This document shows positions 9,898 to 19,229 of a stretch of 64,000 nt of DNA, piece by piece. The stretch covers positions 96,001-160,000 of the forward strand of contig JAEOTP010000043.1 of NCBI GenBank assembly GCA_016839765.1, given 5' to 3'. The notes under the pieces were generated by a model that saw only the letters and a program-made list of their open reading frames with translations, had not been told where the DNA came from and did no database searches. Numbering within the stretch: position 1 is the stretch's first letter; each line of letters opens with the position of its first letter. The stretch is from Promethearchaeota archaeon (GTDB taxonomy: Archaea; Asgardarchaeota; Lokiarchaeia; Sigyniarchaeales; SOKP01). A program made the position numbers and the translations under genes.

Positions 9898-10320
9898 ATG
9901 CTTGATATTGATAGTAAAGTGTTAAAATATCTATATAAGTATCCAACACAAAAAGTGGGGGAAATTGCAAGAAAATTTGGATTAGCTCATTCCACAATAG
10001 GGAGTTCTGTTAAAAGATTGGAAAAAGAAAATTTAGTTAAATATAAAAGATATCAATTGGTTGAACTTACAGAGAAAGGCAAAGATTTAACTATTGAATT
10101 ATCTAGACACGCGCAATTACTTGAATTATTGCTTTGTAACGAATTAGGAATTACAGCAGAACACGCCCATCAAGAAAGCGAGAAGTTTAATCTGCTATTT
10201 TCATGCGAGACTATTAACAAAATTTGTGAAAAGTATAATCATCCAAAAACATGCCCCTGTGGAGATGTAATAAATAATTCTCCTAATTGTTTCTGTGAAG
10301 AATATACAAGGGAATTTTGA
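9898..10320 (+). CDS. DtxR/MntR family metal-dependent transcriptional regulator
   Basis: wHTH, VELTEKG, RHAQLLE, HPKTCPCG. Confidence 0.88.
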   Translation: MLDIDSKVLKYLYKYPTQKVGEIARKFGLAHSTIGSSVKRLEKENLVKYKRYQLVELTEKGKDLTIELSRHAQLLELLLCNELGITAEHAHQESEKFNLLFSCETINKICEKYNHPKTCPCGDVINNSPNCFCEEYTREF

Positions 10321-10396
10321 TTGTTTTAGATTAAGAACCGAATTATTATAGAATATAATCTAAATAGATAAAAATTAATTTATTTTAGCATATTTA

Positions 10397-10636
10397 ATGA
10401 GTGAAGTAAATAATCAACCTAATATTGAGAGTTATAGATTTCACCATATAGATACTAATAAATGTAAGCAGTGTAAAGATTTTTCATGTGAAGAAGCTTG
10501 TTTCAGAGGAATTTATGAGGTTATTAATAAAAAAAATCAACCAAAATGCATTGTCATTGAAGAACGGGAAGATCGATGTGTTAAATGTCATATTTGTACA
10601 ACTACTTGTAAATTAAGAGCAATTACTATAGATTAA
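10397..10636 (+). CDS. 4Fe-4S ferredoxin
   Basis: CKQCKDFSCEEAC and CVKCHICTTTC. Confidence 0.85.
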   Translation: MSEVNNQPNIESYRFHHIDTNKCKQCKDFSCEEACFRGIYEVINKKNQPKCIVIEEREDRCVKCHICTTTCKLRAITID

Positions 10637-10808
10637 TCTTTTTTACCTATTTTTAATTAGCTTGAATTTCAAAGTAGTAAAGTCATCATTTTTAAGTTAT
10701 TTTTTTCCGATACTTAACGTATTTTATGATTGAAAAATTATAAACAATAAATTACAAAAATTATTATTCAAATTATAAAATCAAAATAATTTTTAGAAGG
10801 AATAGTAT

Positions 10809-11348
10809 ATGATTTCAGAAAAATTAAAACTTGATGATATCGATCGACAAATAATTACTCTAGTACAAGAGGATCCAAATCTCACACATACTCAGATTGC
10901 TGAAAAGATCAATCGATCCCAACCTACAGTAGGTATGCGGATAAAAAAGCTTGAAAAAGAAGGAATACTTCAATTTCAACCAGGAATTAACTTTAAGAAG
11001 GTGCAGCTCCATTTAGCGACTGTTGAAATTAATACCCGTAATCCTGAAGAAGTTTTGGAAATGGGAACGTGTTGCCCATTTATGTTAAATGCTTTTAGGT
11101 TAAGTGGAGATCATAATATTTGTATACTCCTTACTAGTAGTAGTTTAAGTAAACTTGATGCTATTGTTAATTATCATTTTCGAAAAAATCCAGAAGTGAG
11201 TTCAGTATCAATGGAAATAGTTACAGATATAGCAAAAGATTTCGTATTACCTATTGATTTTGATTCTGAACATCATGAGCCTAATGATGAAGTAGGTTGT
11301 GGAGAGAAATGTAAATATAAACTAGCTAAAATGAGAGGAGACATTTAA
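10809..11348 (+). CDS. Lrp/AsnC family regulator
   Basis: LDDIDRQII..IAEKINRSQPTVGMRIKKLE; RLSGDHN. Confidence 0.88.
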   Translation: MISEKLKLDDIDRQIITLVQEDPNLTHTQIAEKINRSQPTVGMRIKKLEKEGILQFQPGINFKKVQLHLATVEINTRNPEEVLEMGTCCPFMLNAFRLSGDHNICILLTSSSLSKLDAIVNYHFRKNPEVSSVSMEIVTDIAKDFVLPIDFDSEHHEPNDEVGCGEKCKYKLAKMRGDI

Positions 11349-11403
11349 TAATAAATTATTCTTAATTAACTCATTAAATTTGAATAAAAAAAAAGATTTT
11401 AGG

Positions 11404-11973
11404 CTATTTTTCTTTCTCTATTTGATCAAACTTATATTTAGGAAGATTTACATTAAGGTTGCAATTTGGTCCACAATTATCTGAATGAAAATCAAACCTT
11501 TCAATTTGAAAATCAATAGGGACAACAAAATCGTGTACAGATTCTATTAGTACATTCGTTTTTACATTAATTACATTTGGATCTTTTCTAAAGCATACAT
11601 CCACTAGTCTTTCAATTGTTTGGAGATCTGAAGCAGATATAAAACATAATAAATTAAATTCACCAGAAATTTTAAAAGCATGATTAATAAAAGGACAATT
11701 CTTAATTTTTTTAACCACCGATTCGACATCTTTAGTAGATATAAACACTATAGCCACTTTTATATCAACCTTTTTAATATTAAATCCAACTTGTTTTGTT
11801 AATAAATTTTTACGCTCTAATTTAATAATTCGAGCGCCAATTGCAGGCTGACTTTTCTCCACTTCGATAGCAATCTGGCTATGAGTAATATCTGGATCAT
11901 TTTCAATCATTTCAATGATTTTGTAATCGTCATCATCAATATTTAATAATTCCTTAAAAGTTTTCTTTATCAT
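11404..11973 (-). CDS. Lrp/AsnC family regulator (convergent paralogue)
   Basis: IDDDDYKII..IAIEVEKSQPAIGARIIKLE; KISGEFN. Confidence 0.88.
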   Translation of the reverse strand: MIKKTFKELLNIDDDDYKIIEMIENDPDITHSQIAIEVEKSQPAIGARIIKLERKNLLTKQVGFNIKKVDIKVAIVFISTKDVESVVKKIKNCPFINHAFKISGEFNLLCFISASDLQTIERLVDVCFRKDPNVINVKTNVLIESVHDFVVPIDFQIERFDFHSDNCGPNCNLNVNLPKYKFDQIEKEK

Positions 11974-12251
11974 CTTTCTAATCTTCTACCTTTTTGGATT
12001 TTGATTAATTATTAATTGATTTATTCCTTGTACCTAGAGAGGGATTTCTAATTTAAATTTTGTTTCTATGAATATAAAATTTAATTATACTTATTATTAA
12101 GAATTATGAATAGTTATGATTAAGATCTTTTATTTTATAAATTATTATCTGGAACACCTTATATTGATAAAGGTTTGTCATTTAAAAAGAGTTAAATCGG
12201 AATAATTTTTTAGCTAAAAGAGACATCTATATATTTATTATGTTTTTGACA

Positions 12252-13223
12252 TTAAAGAATACTGATGAAAAGATTTAATATTACAATGATAATAATAAAT
12301 CCAATCATTCCTATCAAAAATTTTAGAGGTTCTCCTTTTTCTTTCTCAGGAATGACTTCTCTTACAATTATATATAAGATTATTCCTGATATAAAAGAGA
12401 ATGCGATAAATAAAAGCTCAGTGTTAAGATCGATAAAGATTTTAATAATAAACCCAATAAGAATACCAGATATAGCTGAAGTTGCTAATAAATATTTCTT
12501 AATCGATCTGGTATCAATTTCCGGCTTTTCATAAATATCCAAATCAGTAAAAATGATATGGACTTCTGATCTGTTTGTTATAATTGTTCGGAACCAAGCA
12601 AATATAAAAAAGAGTATTCCATCTACAATATTAATTAATAATAATCCTACTAAAATAATACCCACTAGAAAATGATAAATATAATCAGTAAGATATCGAA
12701 ATTTTGATAAATCCTCATTTATATGGTTTTGAATTTTGATCTTATATTTTTGGATTTCATTAATCACGTCTTCTTCTTGTTGATTCAAAGTTGATAGGGT
12801 TTGAGCGATATCTCTTAAAGTATATTCATCTAAATCGCTCTTTTTTAGCTCATTAGTCAATATCTTTTCCATATTTTTTTCAACTGACTCTAAAATCTTT
12901 TCTTTTTCAAGTAATTTTCTCATTCTTTTTTGCGAACGACTCTCTACTTTTTGTAATATCAATTTTTCACTAATATGGATAAAACAAAATCCTAATAAAA
13001 CGAATAGGTATTCTAAAAATTTTAAATGAAAAGGATATTCAGGTAAATTTCCTGCTATTTCAGGTAATACAATTATAAAGAAGTACGCTACTGAAATACC
13101 AGCTATTAATGAGACATGTAATTTAAGATGTTTTTGTTCGTAAAAATCAGCGATAAAAAATAGAACACCAAATACTAAAGATAAAATTAAAACGGTTATT
13201 AAATCAACTAACATTAAATACAA
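12252..13223 (-). CDS. Multi-pass membrane protein, ZIP-like termini, with a coiled-coil insertion
   Basis: SLIAGISVAYFFIIVLPE and AFSFISGIILYIIVREVIPE; central charged heptad region. Confidence 0.65.
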   Translation of the reverse strand: MYLMLVDLITVLILSLVFGVLFFIADFYEQKHLKLHVSLIAGISVAYFFIIVLPEIAGNLPEYPFHLKFLEYLFVLLGFCFIHISEKLILQKVESRSQKRMRKLLEKEKILESVEKNMEKILTNELKKSDLDEYTLRDIAQTLSTLNQQEEDVINEIQKYKIKIQNHINEDLSKFRYLTDYIYHFLVGIILVGLLLINIVDGILFFIFAWFRTIITNRSEVHIIFTDLDIYEKPEIDTRSIKKYLLATSAISGILIGFIIKIFIDLNTELLFIAFSFISGIILYIIVREVIPEKEKGEPLKFLIGMIGFIIIIVILNLFISIL

Positions 13224-13268
13224 TGATTTAATTATAATTTTTTAAAGTTGTCATTATGATTTCTTTAT

Positions 13269-14225
13269 TTGAAACGATTTAAATTATTAGCTTTAGTGAA
13301 AAATATCTACTACCTGAAAATAATGGATTTTTTAATTATATTTTCTTCCAAAGATACTGCTTCAATGAATATGTATGATAAATTATTAAATTCTGAGTCC
13401 TTTTCATTTGGAAATGCCGATTTCGAATGGAATGAAAAACCAGTTTTTAAATTAGAAAAATTTTTAATAGATCAGAATAAAAATTTATATCTCAATGATA
13501 TAGGGATATATCTTGGATTAACAGATGAGAGATTAATATTTTTAGATGAATTAAAATTAAATAAATCTGTTTTTAATCCTGATTTTCTCATATTTGCCAG
13601 CCGTCATACATCTAAGACAGCAAGACCGGCTCTATTAACCCATACTACGGGAAATTGGAGTGACAATATCGAATTTGGAGGACAACCACAAGAAATTTCT
13701 AAATCTAGTGCATTACTTCATAAGGCAGGATTTTTTTCTTTAATAGAACAAGCTACAATTTGGTCTTTAGAAAATTTTGTTATAGATATCGAAGTAACTC
13801 ATCATGGTCCTACAAGTTTAGAAAAACCTTTAATATACATGGAACTTGGTAGTAGTAAAAAAGAATGGGGAGATAATAACGCAGGTGAAATTCTTGCAAA
13901 TGCAATATTAAATACAATTTTTAAATATATACAATTTAAAGAAGGGAGTCAAAATAAAATTGGATTAGGCTTTGGTGGAACTCATTATGCTCCAAATTTG
14001 AATAGATTAATTAGAACAAAAAACATAGCTATATCATTCATTTGTCCAAAATATTTCATTCAAAACTTAAATCATGAAATGATAGAAAAAATGATTCGGA
14101 ATACATTTGAAGATATTGACTTTTTCATAATAGATTGGAAGGGTACAAATTCTGATGATAAAAAACATTTAATTCCAATGTTAGAAGAATTTGAAATTCC
14201 AATAAAAAAGACAAAAGATTTCTAA
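13269..14225 (+). CDS. dtdA: Archaeal D-aminoacyl-tRNA deacylase (GEK1/DTD2 family)
   Basis: FASRH, LTHTTGN, EVTHHGPT, ELGS, GFGGTHYAP; likely start is ATG 13323. Confidence 0.92.
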   Translation: MKRFKLLALVKNIYYLKIMDFLIIFSSKDTASMNMYDKLLNSESFSFGNADFEWNEKPVFKLEKFLIDQNKNLYLNDIGIYLGLTDERLIFLDELKLNKSVFNPDFLIFASRHTSKTARPALLTHTTGNWSDNIEFGGQPQEISKSSALLHKAGFFSLIEQATIWSLENFVIDIEVTHHGPTSLEKPLIYMELGSSKKEWGDNNAGEILANAILNTIFKYIQFKEGSQNKIGLGFGGTHYAPNLNRLIRTKNIAISFICPKYFIQNLNHEMIEKMIRNTFEDIDFFIIDWKGTNSDDKKHLIPMLEEFEIPIKKTKDF

Positions 14226-14248
14226 AAATAAGGTTAATAATAAGGAAG

Positions 14249-15181
14249 CTATTTCAGGTCTGCTTTTATTTTTTCGTAATATTTTACCAAATTCTTAAAT
14301 ACATAATGAGATGCAATATATCCTTGAGTCGCTGCTTTTTCTAATATCTTATTTAAGAATTCAGGATATTCAATGTTTCCTTCTACACTAACATTTAATT
14401 CTCGTATATTATAATAACTCCTCCAAAAAAGGGTAGGCCATTCAACTAAAGGACGAAGAGATTGATTGTATTTTTTATTACCAGTTTCACTCAGTTCTAA
14501 TTCCTTATCAGTTATGTAATAAATTAATTTTCTTTTCTTCGGTCTTTTAGCAACTTCACTTAATTCTGATTCCTTATCGGTGCCGTAATAAACGTATCGT
14601 ATCGTTCTTTTAATAATTCCATCCGTGATGATTTCTTTCAAAAATTTACGTAACCTTGGTAGAGTGATATCAATATTTACCTTTTTCAAATTTTCAAGAA
14701 TTTCTTTTTCTCTCAATCCATTTAACTTTATCCTTATATAACTTCTTGCAATTATATTGTATTTTAATGGTACTGAATCATGATCCAATTGATTATATTG
14801 TACTAAATCACCAAGAATCTTTTTTGCTACAATGTAATTTAAGAGTAATTGATCATGATTCGAAAAATCTTCTTTAAACTGCTTTGAATCATTAAAATAC
14901 AATTGAAATAAAGTAGTTAATAAAGATTTTATAGAATGAAACCCATCTTCAAAAGATAGTCTCACCTCATCTAATACTTTAATCCTATAATCAATATCTT
15001 GTAAAAACTTATCTTTTTCAACAGGGATTTGACGTACAAGATGGGGTTTTTTATTTAATTTTTTTAAATTTCCATCCCATTCCTTTTCAAATCGATAAGA
15101 TTGGGTTTTTGAGATTCCCGAGAGTTTGAAAACAACTTCATAAAGTTTATTTAGAAATCCTTCTTCATCAAGCTTTGTCAT
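14249..15181 (-). CDS. Hypothetical protein, possibly with a wHTH domain
   Basis: Long ORF with coding-like composition; no family recognised. Confidence 0.7.
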   Translation of the reverse strand: MTKLDEEGFLNKLYEVVFKLSGISKTQSYRFEKEWDGNLKKLNKKPHLVRQIPVEKDKFLQDIDYRIKVLDEVRLSFEDGFHSIKSLLTTLFQLYFNDSKQFKEDFSNHDQLLLNYIVAKKILGDLVQYNQLDHDSVPLKYNIIARSYIRIKLNGLREKEILENLKKVNIDITLPRLRKFLKEIITDGIIKRTIRYVYYGTDKESELSEVAKRPKKRKLIYYITDKELELSETGNKKYNQSLRPLVEWPTLFWRSYYNIRELNVSVEGNIEYPEFLNKILEKAATQGYIASHYVFKNLVKYYEKIKADLK

Positions 15182-15423
15182 TCAATAAGAACCCTAACCT
15201 TATTCATTCAAAATTTAGTAGATTAATATTTATTAAACTCAAAAATTTTTAAATCTTCATTAGTTTATCAACAGAAAAAAATAATGTATTAATAATTAAA
15301 AACTAATTTATTTAAGGAATAGATAAAGTAATTTTCTTATTTTTATATCTAAAGTATTTTTCTTATACTAAAAGAAAAAAAAATAATAAATTTGAATAGA
15401 TTTTTATAAATTTATTAAGAACT

Positions 15424-15903
15424 TCACTTAATTTCAGTTGGTCTTCGAAATAATATAATAAGACTATATATACATATCGCAATTACAATACTATCAGCAA
15501 CTATACGCACTGGTAAGACTATACTACTATATCCTGCTATTGATAAGAAGACAACTGCCCGAATTCCAAGAATTAAAGTAAAACTTGCTAATATGAGGAC
15601 TATAATAGTGATAGCTTTACTTCTTTTAAGTACGAGTGTTAAAACACCGAAAGTTACTGAAAAAGCGAGATATATCACACCTATAATAATCATTCCTATT
15701 ACAAAAAATAGGCCAGCTAAAGCTGCCGCAATTCCAAACGCTATAGCTTCTGCGAGATTAGAGGCTGAAACGTCAATTCCAAAATTAAAAAGAACTGCTA
15801 ACGCATTAATCTCAGAAGGCATGAAAGCCATTACTAAAATAGTCATAGAACTTAAAAGTATAATGATACCAGCGACAATTTTTAGACTATCAACTACTGC
15901 CAT
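15424..15903 (-). CDS. Hypothetical four-TM membrane protein
   Basis: Four long hydrophobic segments. Confidence 0.7.
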   Translation of the reverse strand: MAVVDSLKIVAGIIILLSSMTILVMAFMPSEINALAVLFNFGIDVSASNLAEAIAFGIAAALAGLFFVIGMIIIGVIYLAFSVTFGVLTLVLKRSKAITIIVLILASFTLILGIRAVVFLSIAGYSSIVLPVRIVADSIVIAICIYSLIILFRRPTEIK

Positions 15904-16117
15904 ACTAAATAATCACTTTCTTTTTATTTTGTTAAAACTTAAAAATTGAAATTTTATAAAAATAATTTAAGATACATCTTAATTTATAAATTTCTAAAAA
16001 AATGTTAAAATTAAATTTTTCTCGGGCTAGATAGAAAATAAATTGAAATAATAAATTTTTATGACATATTAAATAATTTTAGATCATAGAATCAAAACAA
16101 AATAAAAGGTTAGAATT

Positions 16118-16498
16118 TTGAGAATTGACCATATTGCCGTTGCTTCTAACTCAGAAAACTCCTCTGATAAATTCTTTATTGATTTATTAGGATTAAGAAA
16201 AGTTAGAACTTTTATAGTTAATGAAAATCTGATGGAAAAATTTTTTGGAGTTAAAAAAGAACAGGAAATAATAAGATATTCTGACGAAAAAATCGATATA
16301 GAAGTATTTATTACTAAAGATAATAGCAATGTTAAAGATATTTTCACTCATTCTTGTTTAATTATTGAAGATAGAGATAGATTAGTGTCTAAAGCAAGAT
16401 TAATGGGTTATGATGTAATTAAAGTACCACGAGAAAATAGTGATATTTACTATCTTTTCATTAAAGACTCCTATGGAAATTTATATGAAATTAAATAA
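16118..16498 (+). CDS. VOC/glyoxalase family protein
   Basis: RIDHIAV..FFIDLLGL..FTHSC..FIKDSYGNLYEI. Confidence 0.85.
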   Translation: MRIDHIAVASNSENSSDKFFIDLLGLRKVRTFIVNENLMEKFFGVKKEQEIIRYSDEKIDIEVFITKDNSNVKDIFTHSCLIIEDRDRLVSKARLMGYDVIKVPRENSDIYYLFIKDSYGNLYEIK

Positions 16499-16556
16499 CA
16501 GTAAAACTTTTTAGTCTGAATAATTATTTGAGGAATAGGATAGGATTATTAACTTT

Positions 16557-17366
16557 TTGCCTTATGAATGGAGGAAACTAAAAATGCCAAAATCTTACAA
16601 GCTAAAACTTATACTAGGGGGGGCTAAAGGCTCAGGAAAAACTTCATTCATAAATAACAATGTTGAAAATGATACACCAATTGGAGTTTCCTTTAAACCT
16701 ATAGAATGTTATGCAAATGAATCTGATTCCTATAAATTTGTTATTTGGGACTTAAAAGATAGAGATCGCTTCAAGTTTTTATTCCCATTATTTTGTAGAG
16801 GCGCTTGTGCAGGATTGTTATGTTTTGATATATCAAATAGAAATTCTTTCCTTGAATTGGAAAGTTGGATAAAACTTTTTAAAGAAAGTGCTGGAAATAT
16901 TCCAATTGTTTTAATTGGAACTAAAAATGATTTACAGAGACAAGTCTCAGATGAAGAAATTAAGAAAGTAATTCATCAATTTCACTTAGAAGGTGTATTT
17001 TTTACATCGATTTACGAGGAGAATGATAAAAAAATAGAGATTTTTAAGTATATTGTAGAAAAATTAGAACCTGATTATCCAATAGAAAATTTTACTTTAT
17101 TTACTCCAAAACAACTTGATTCAGAAGAATTTAAAAATTTTGTTAATTACTTTTCAAGATGTCCAATTTGTAAAAAGGAAAATCATTTTGAAAGTTTAAA
17201 GAACCTCTATTTAAGTAGAGATCCAAAAGTAATTGATTTAAAAGAACAATTAGTATATCTTCTTTGTAATTTGGAGGTTTTTAACAGAAAAAATTTAAAA
17301 AATCTATCAATTGGAATACCCTGTTGTAATTGTTATAAAAGCATTTTTGAAGAGAATTACTGTTGA
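16557..17366 (+). CDS. Atypical Rab-like GTPase with a C-terminal Zn-binding domain
   Basis: G1 GAKGSGKTS, degenerate G3 WDLKDR, G4 GTKND; CPIC...CCNC; likely start is ATG 16584 after GGAGG. Confidence 0.82.
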   Translation: MPYEWRKLKMPKSYKLKLILGGAKGSGKTSFINNNVENDTPIGVSFKPIECYANESDSYKFVIWDLKDRDRFKFLFPLFCRGACAGLLCFDISNRNSFLELESWIKLFKESAGNIPIVLIGTKNDLQRQVSDEEIKKVIHQFHLEGVFFTSIYEENDKKIEIFKYIVEKLEPDYPIENFTLFTPKQLDSEEFKNFVNYFSRCPICKKENHFESLKNLYLSRDPKVIDLKEQLVYLLCNLEVFNRKNLKNLSIGIPCCNCYKSIFEENYC

Positions 17367-17778
17367 TTTTTTAGAATTCCTGAATATTTAATAATTTTAA
17401 AATGATCAAAAGCTAATTTTTTAGAATGTAACTCCTCTAATTTAACAATTTCAATAGTAGCCGCGTCATCTTTTGCGAGAGGTTTCTCGTTTTTAGATGC
17501 TGGTTCACACAAAAATGCAACTGTTACGTTATGACCCCTTGGATCTCTTTTGGGATTTGAAAAAACTCCAACTTTTTTATTTTCACTTTAATATTTGTTT
17601 CTTCATAAGCTTCTCGAATACACGCATTTTCAACTGTCTCTCCGATATTAACAAAACCACCAGGTAAAGCTAGTTCTCCTTGAAAGGGAGGATTTTTTCT
17701 ACGAATTAGAACAATTTTATCTTTCACATAAATAATCAGGGCATCAACAGTTAGGAGTGGAGTTTCTGGTTTTGGCAT
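17357..17778 (-). pseudogene. Nudix hydrolase (ADP-ribose pyrophosphatase-like), split by a -1 frameshift at 17572-17578
   Basis: Nudix box GGFVNIGETVENACIREAYEET in frame 0; conserved continuation GVFSNPKRDPRGH...DDA...LAFDH in the -1 frame, to TAA at 17357. Confidence 0.8.
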
Positions 17779-17810
17779 TAAATAAATATACCTCCCAATA
17801 TTACTGTAAT

Positions 17811-18617
17811 TTACTCATCCCATACAGGGGAGTGTAATAAATGTTCTATACGCGTGCGTCTAGGGCGTACGAATCTTGTATGACCCTCTTTGCGTTCTAA
17901 AAGAAGTGTTTTTTCTAGATTAGTCGAATTCACCATATATACTTCTAGATCTCCCTCATGAAGGAAGATATGATTAAAGCATGGAGTATCATCAGCACGG
18001 ACTTTTTTTGATGTAGAGGTACCACAATAGAGGAAAGTTGTAGGTCCTATCACATAGGCATGAGGTACATGGCGATGACCCATTAAGACCAAATCAATTT
18101 CGAATAATTGAGTAAACTCCAGTAACTCCCCCGCATCTTTAACAGTTGTGAACTTTTGACCAGACATTGGAATTGGAATTAAATGATGATGAAGTGCAAT
18201 AACTCTATTTTCTAAAACTCTGTTAAATTGGCGGCCGAGCCAGTCTAACTGTTCATCTCCGCATTCTCCATGACCGATGTCATCTCTAGCACTACAGATT
18301 CCTACTAAAAGGGTATCTTTTTCATCTAAAATGATTTTAGAGCGTCTAGGGCCAATTATTTTCTCAAAGTAAATTAATCCTGAATTCTTTGCATCATGAT
18401 TTCCTGGAACTGCCATGAATTTAGTAATCTCTTTAATTCGCTTCAAAAATGGTGAAAATGATTTAAACTGAACAGTTCTTCCCTTATGTACTATATCTCC
18501 TGTACATACTACTACATCAGGGTGAGAAATTTCTATGTATTTAATTACATTCTCCATGTATTCGGGAACAAATTCACTTCCATAATGAAGATCGGAAATG
18601 TGAATAATTTCAACCAA
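17811..18617 (-). CDS. Metallophosphoesterase (Icc/CpdA-like)
   Basis: HISDLH, TGD, PGNHD, LHHH, GHRH. Confidence 0.9.
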   Translation of the reverse strand: MVEIIHISDLHYGSEFVPEYMENVIKYIEISHPDVVVCTGDIVHKGRTVQFKSFSPFLKRIKEITKFMAVPGNHDAKNSGLIYFEKIIGPRRSKIILDEKDTLLVGICSARDDIGHGECGDEQLDWLGRQFNRVLENRVIALHHHLIPIPMSGQKFTTVKDAGELLEFTQLFEIDLVLMGHRHVPHAYVIGPTTFLYCGTSTSKKVRADDTPCFNHIFLHEGDLEVYMVNSTNLEKTLLLERKEGHTRFVRPRRTRIEHLLHSPVWDE

Positions 18618-18765
18618 AATTTAACACCTTTATATATTTCCTCTTCAGAAAAAATAATTTTTAAGTTTTAATAACTTAAGAATTAAATAATAAGTTCTTA
18701 ATTTAAAATATTTTTAATGAGAATAATTTAGCCTTAAAAATAAATTATATAGAAATTGTTTAATT

Positions 18766-18921
18766 TCAGTTAAATTTTTTGATGGAACTTAAATCTTTTT
18801 GAGTTTGGAATATATTATTTAAAATTTTTTTATCTCTACATTCAATACACATATCATTTACTTTTAAAATTCGAATTTGTCCACATTCGGTGCAAAAGAA
18901 TTCTTGAAAGATTGGTTTCAT
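18766..18921 (-). CDS. Small zinc-finger protein (51 aa), not in the ORF track
   Basis: GGTGA SD then MKPIFQEFFCTECGQIRILKVNDMCIECRDKK...; two CxxC pairs. Confidence 0.7.
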   Translation of the reverse strand: MKPIFQEFFCTECGQIRILKVNDMCIECRDKKILNNIFQTQKDLSSIKKFN

Positions 18922-19229
18922 TACATCACCATTTTTATTATCATAATAAGTTGAAGAATTTTTTCAATTTCCATATTTCTTTGATTAATTATGTAAATAA
19001 TTGATTTTTCAAGAGGAATTTGAGAAACTTCATATTTTAATTTTAATCCTCTTTTCTAGTACTTAAAATCTCTTTATACACTTTTTATCAATTTTAATTC
19101 ATCTAAACTTATATGAATAATACATTTACAAAGATATAAGCAATTTCGCCATAAGATATAGATGCTATATATTCTACATAGAAAATATTTGATGATTAAT
19201 TATTCCTTTTTTATTATCCTTATTTATTA

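Noticed and set aside
1506-10636. Selenocysteine (UGA) recoding in the redox genes
   Set aside because: All expected Cys motifs are complete with Cys codons; the TGA stops fall at natural protein ends
18941-19050. Short open frames upstream of the small zinc-finger gene
   Set aside because: Only 10-14 codons from any ATG, with no recognisable motif
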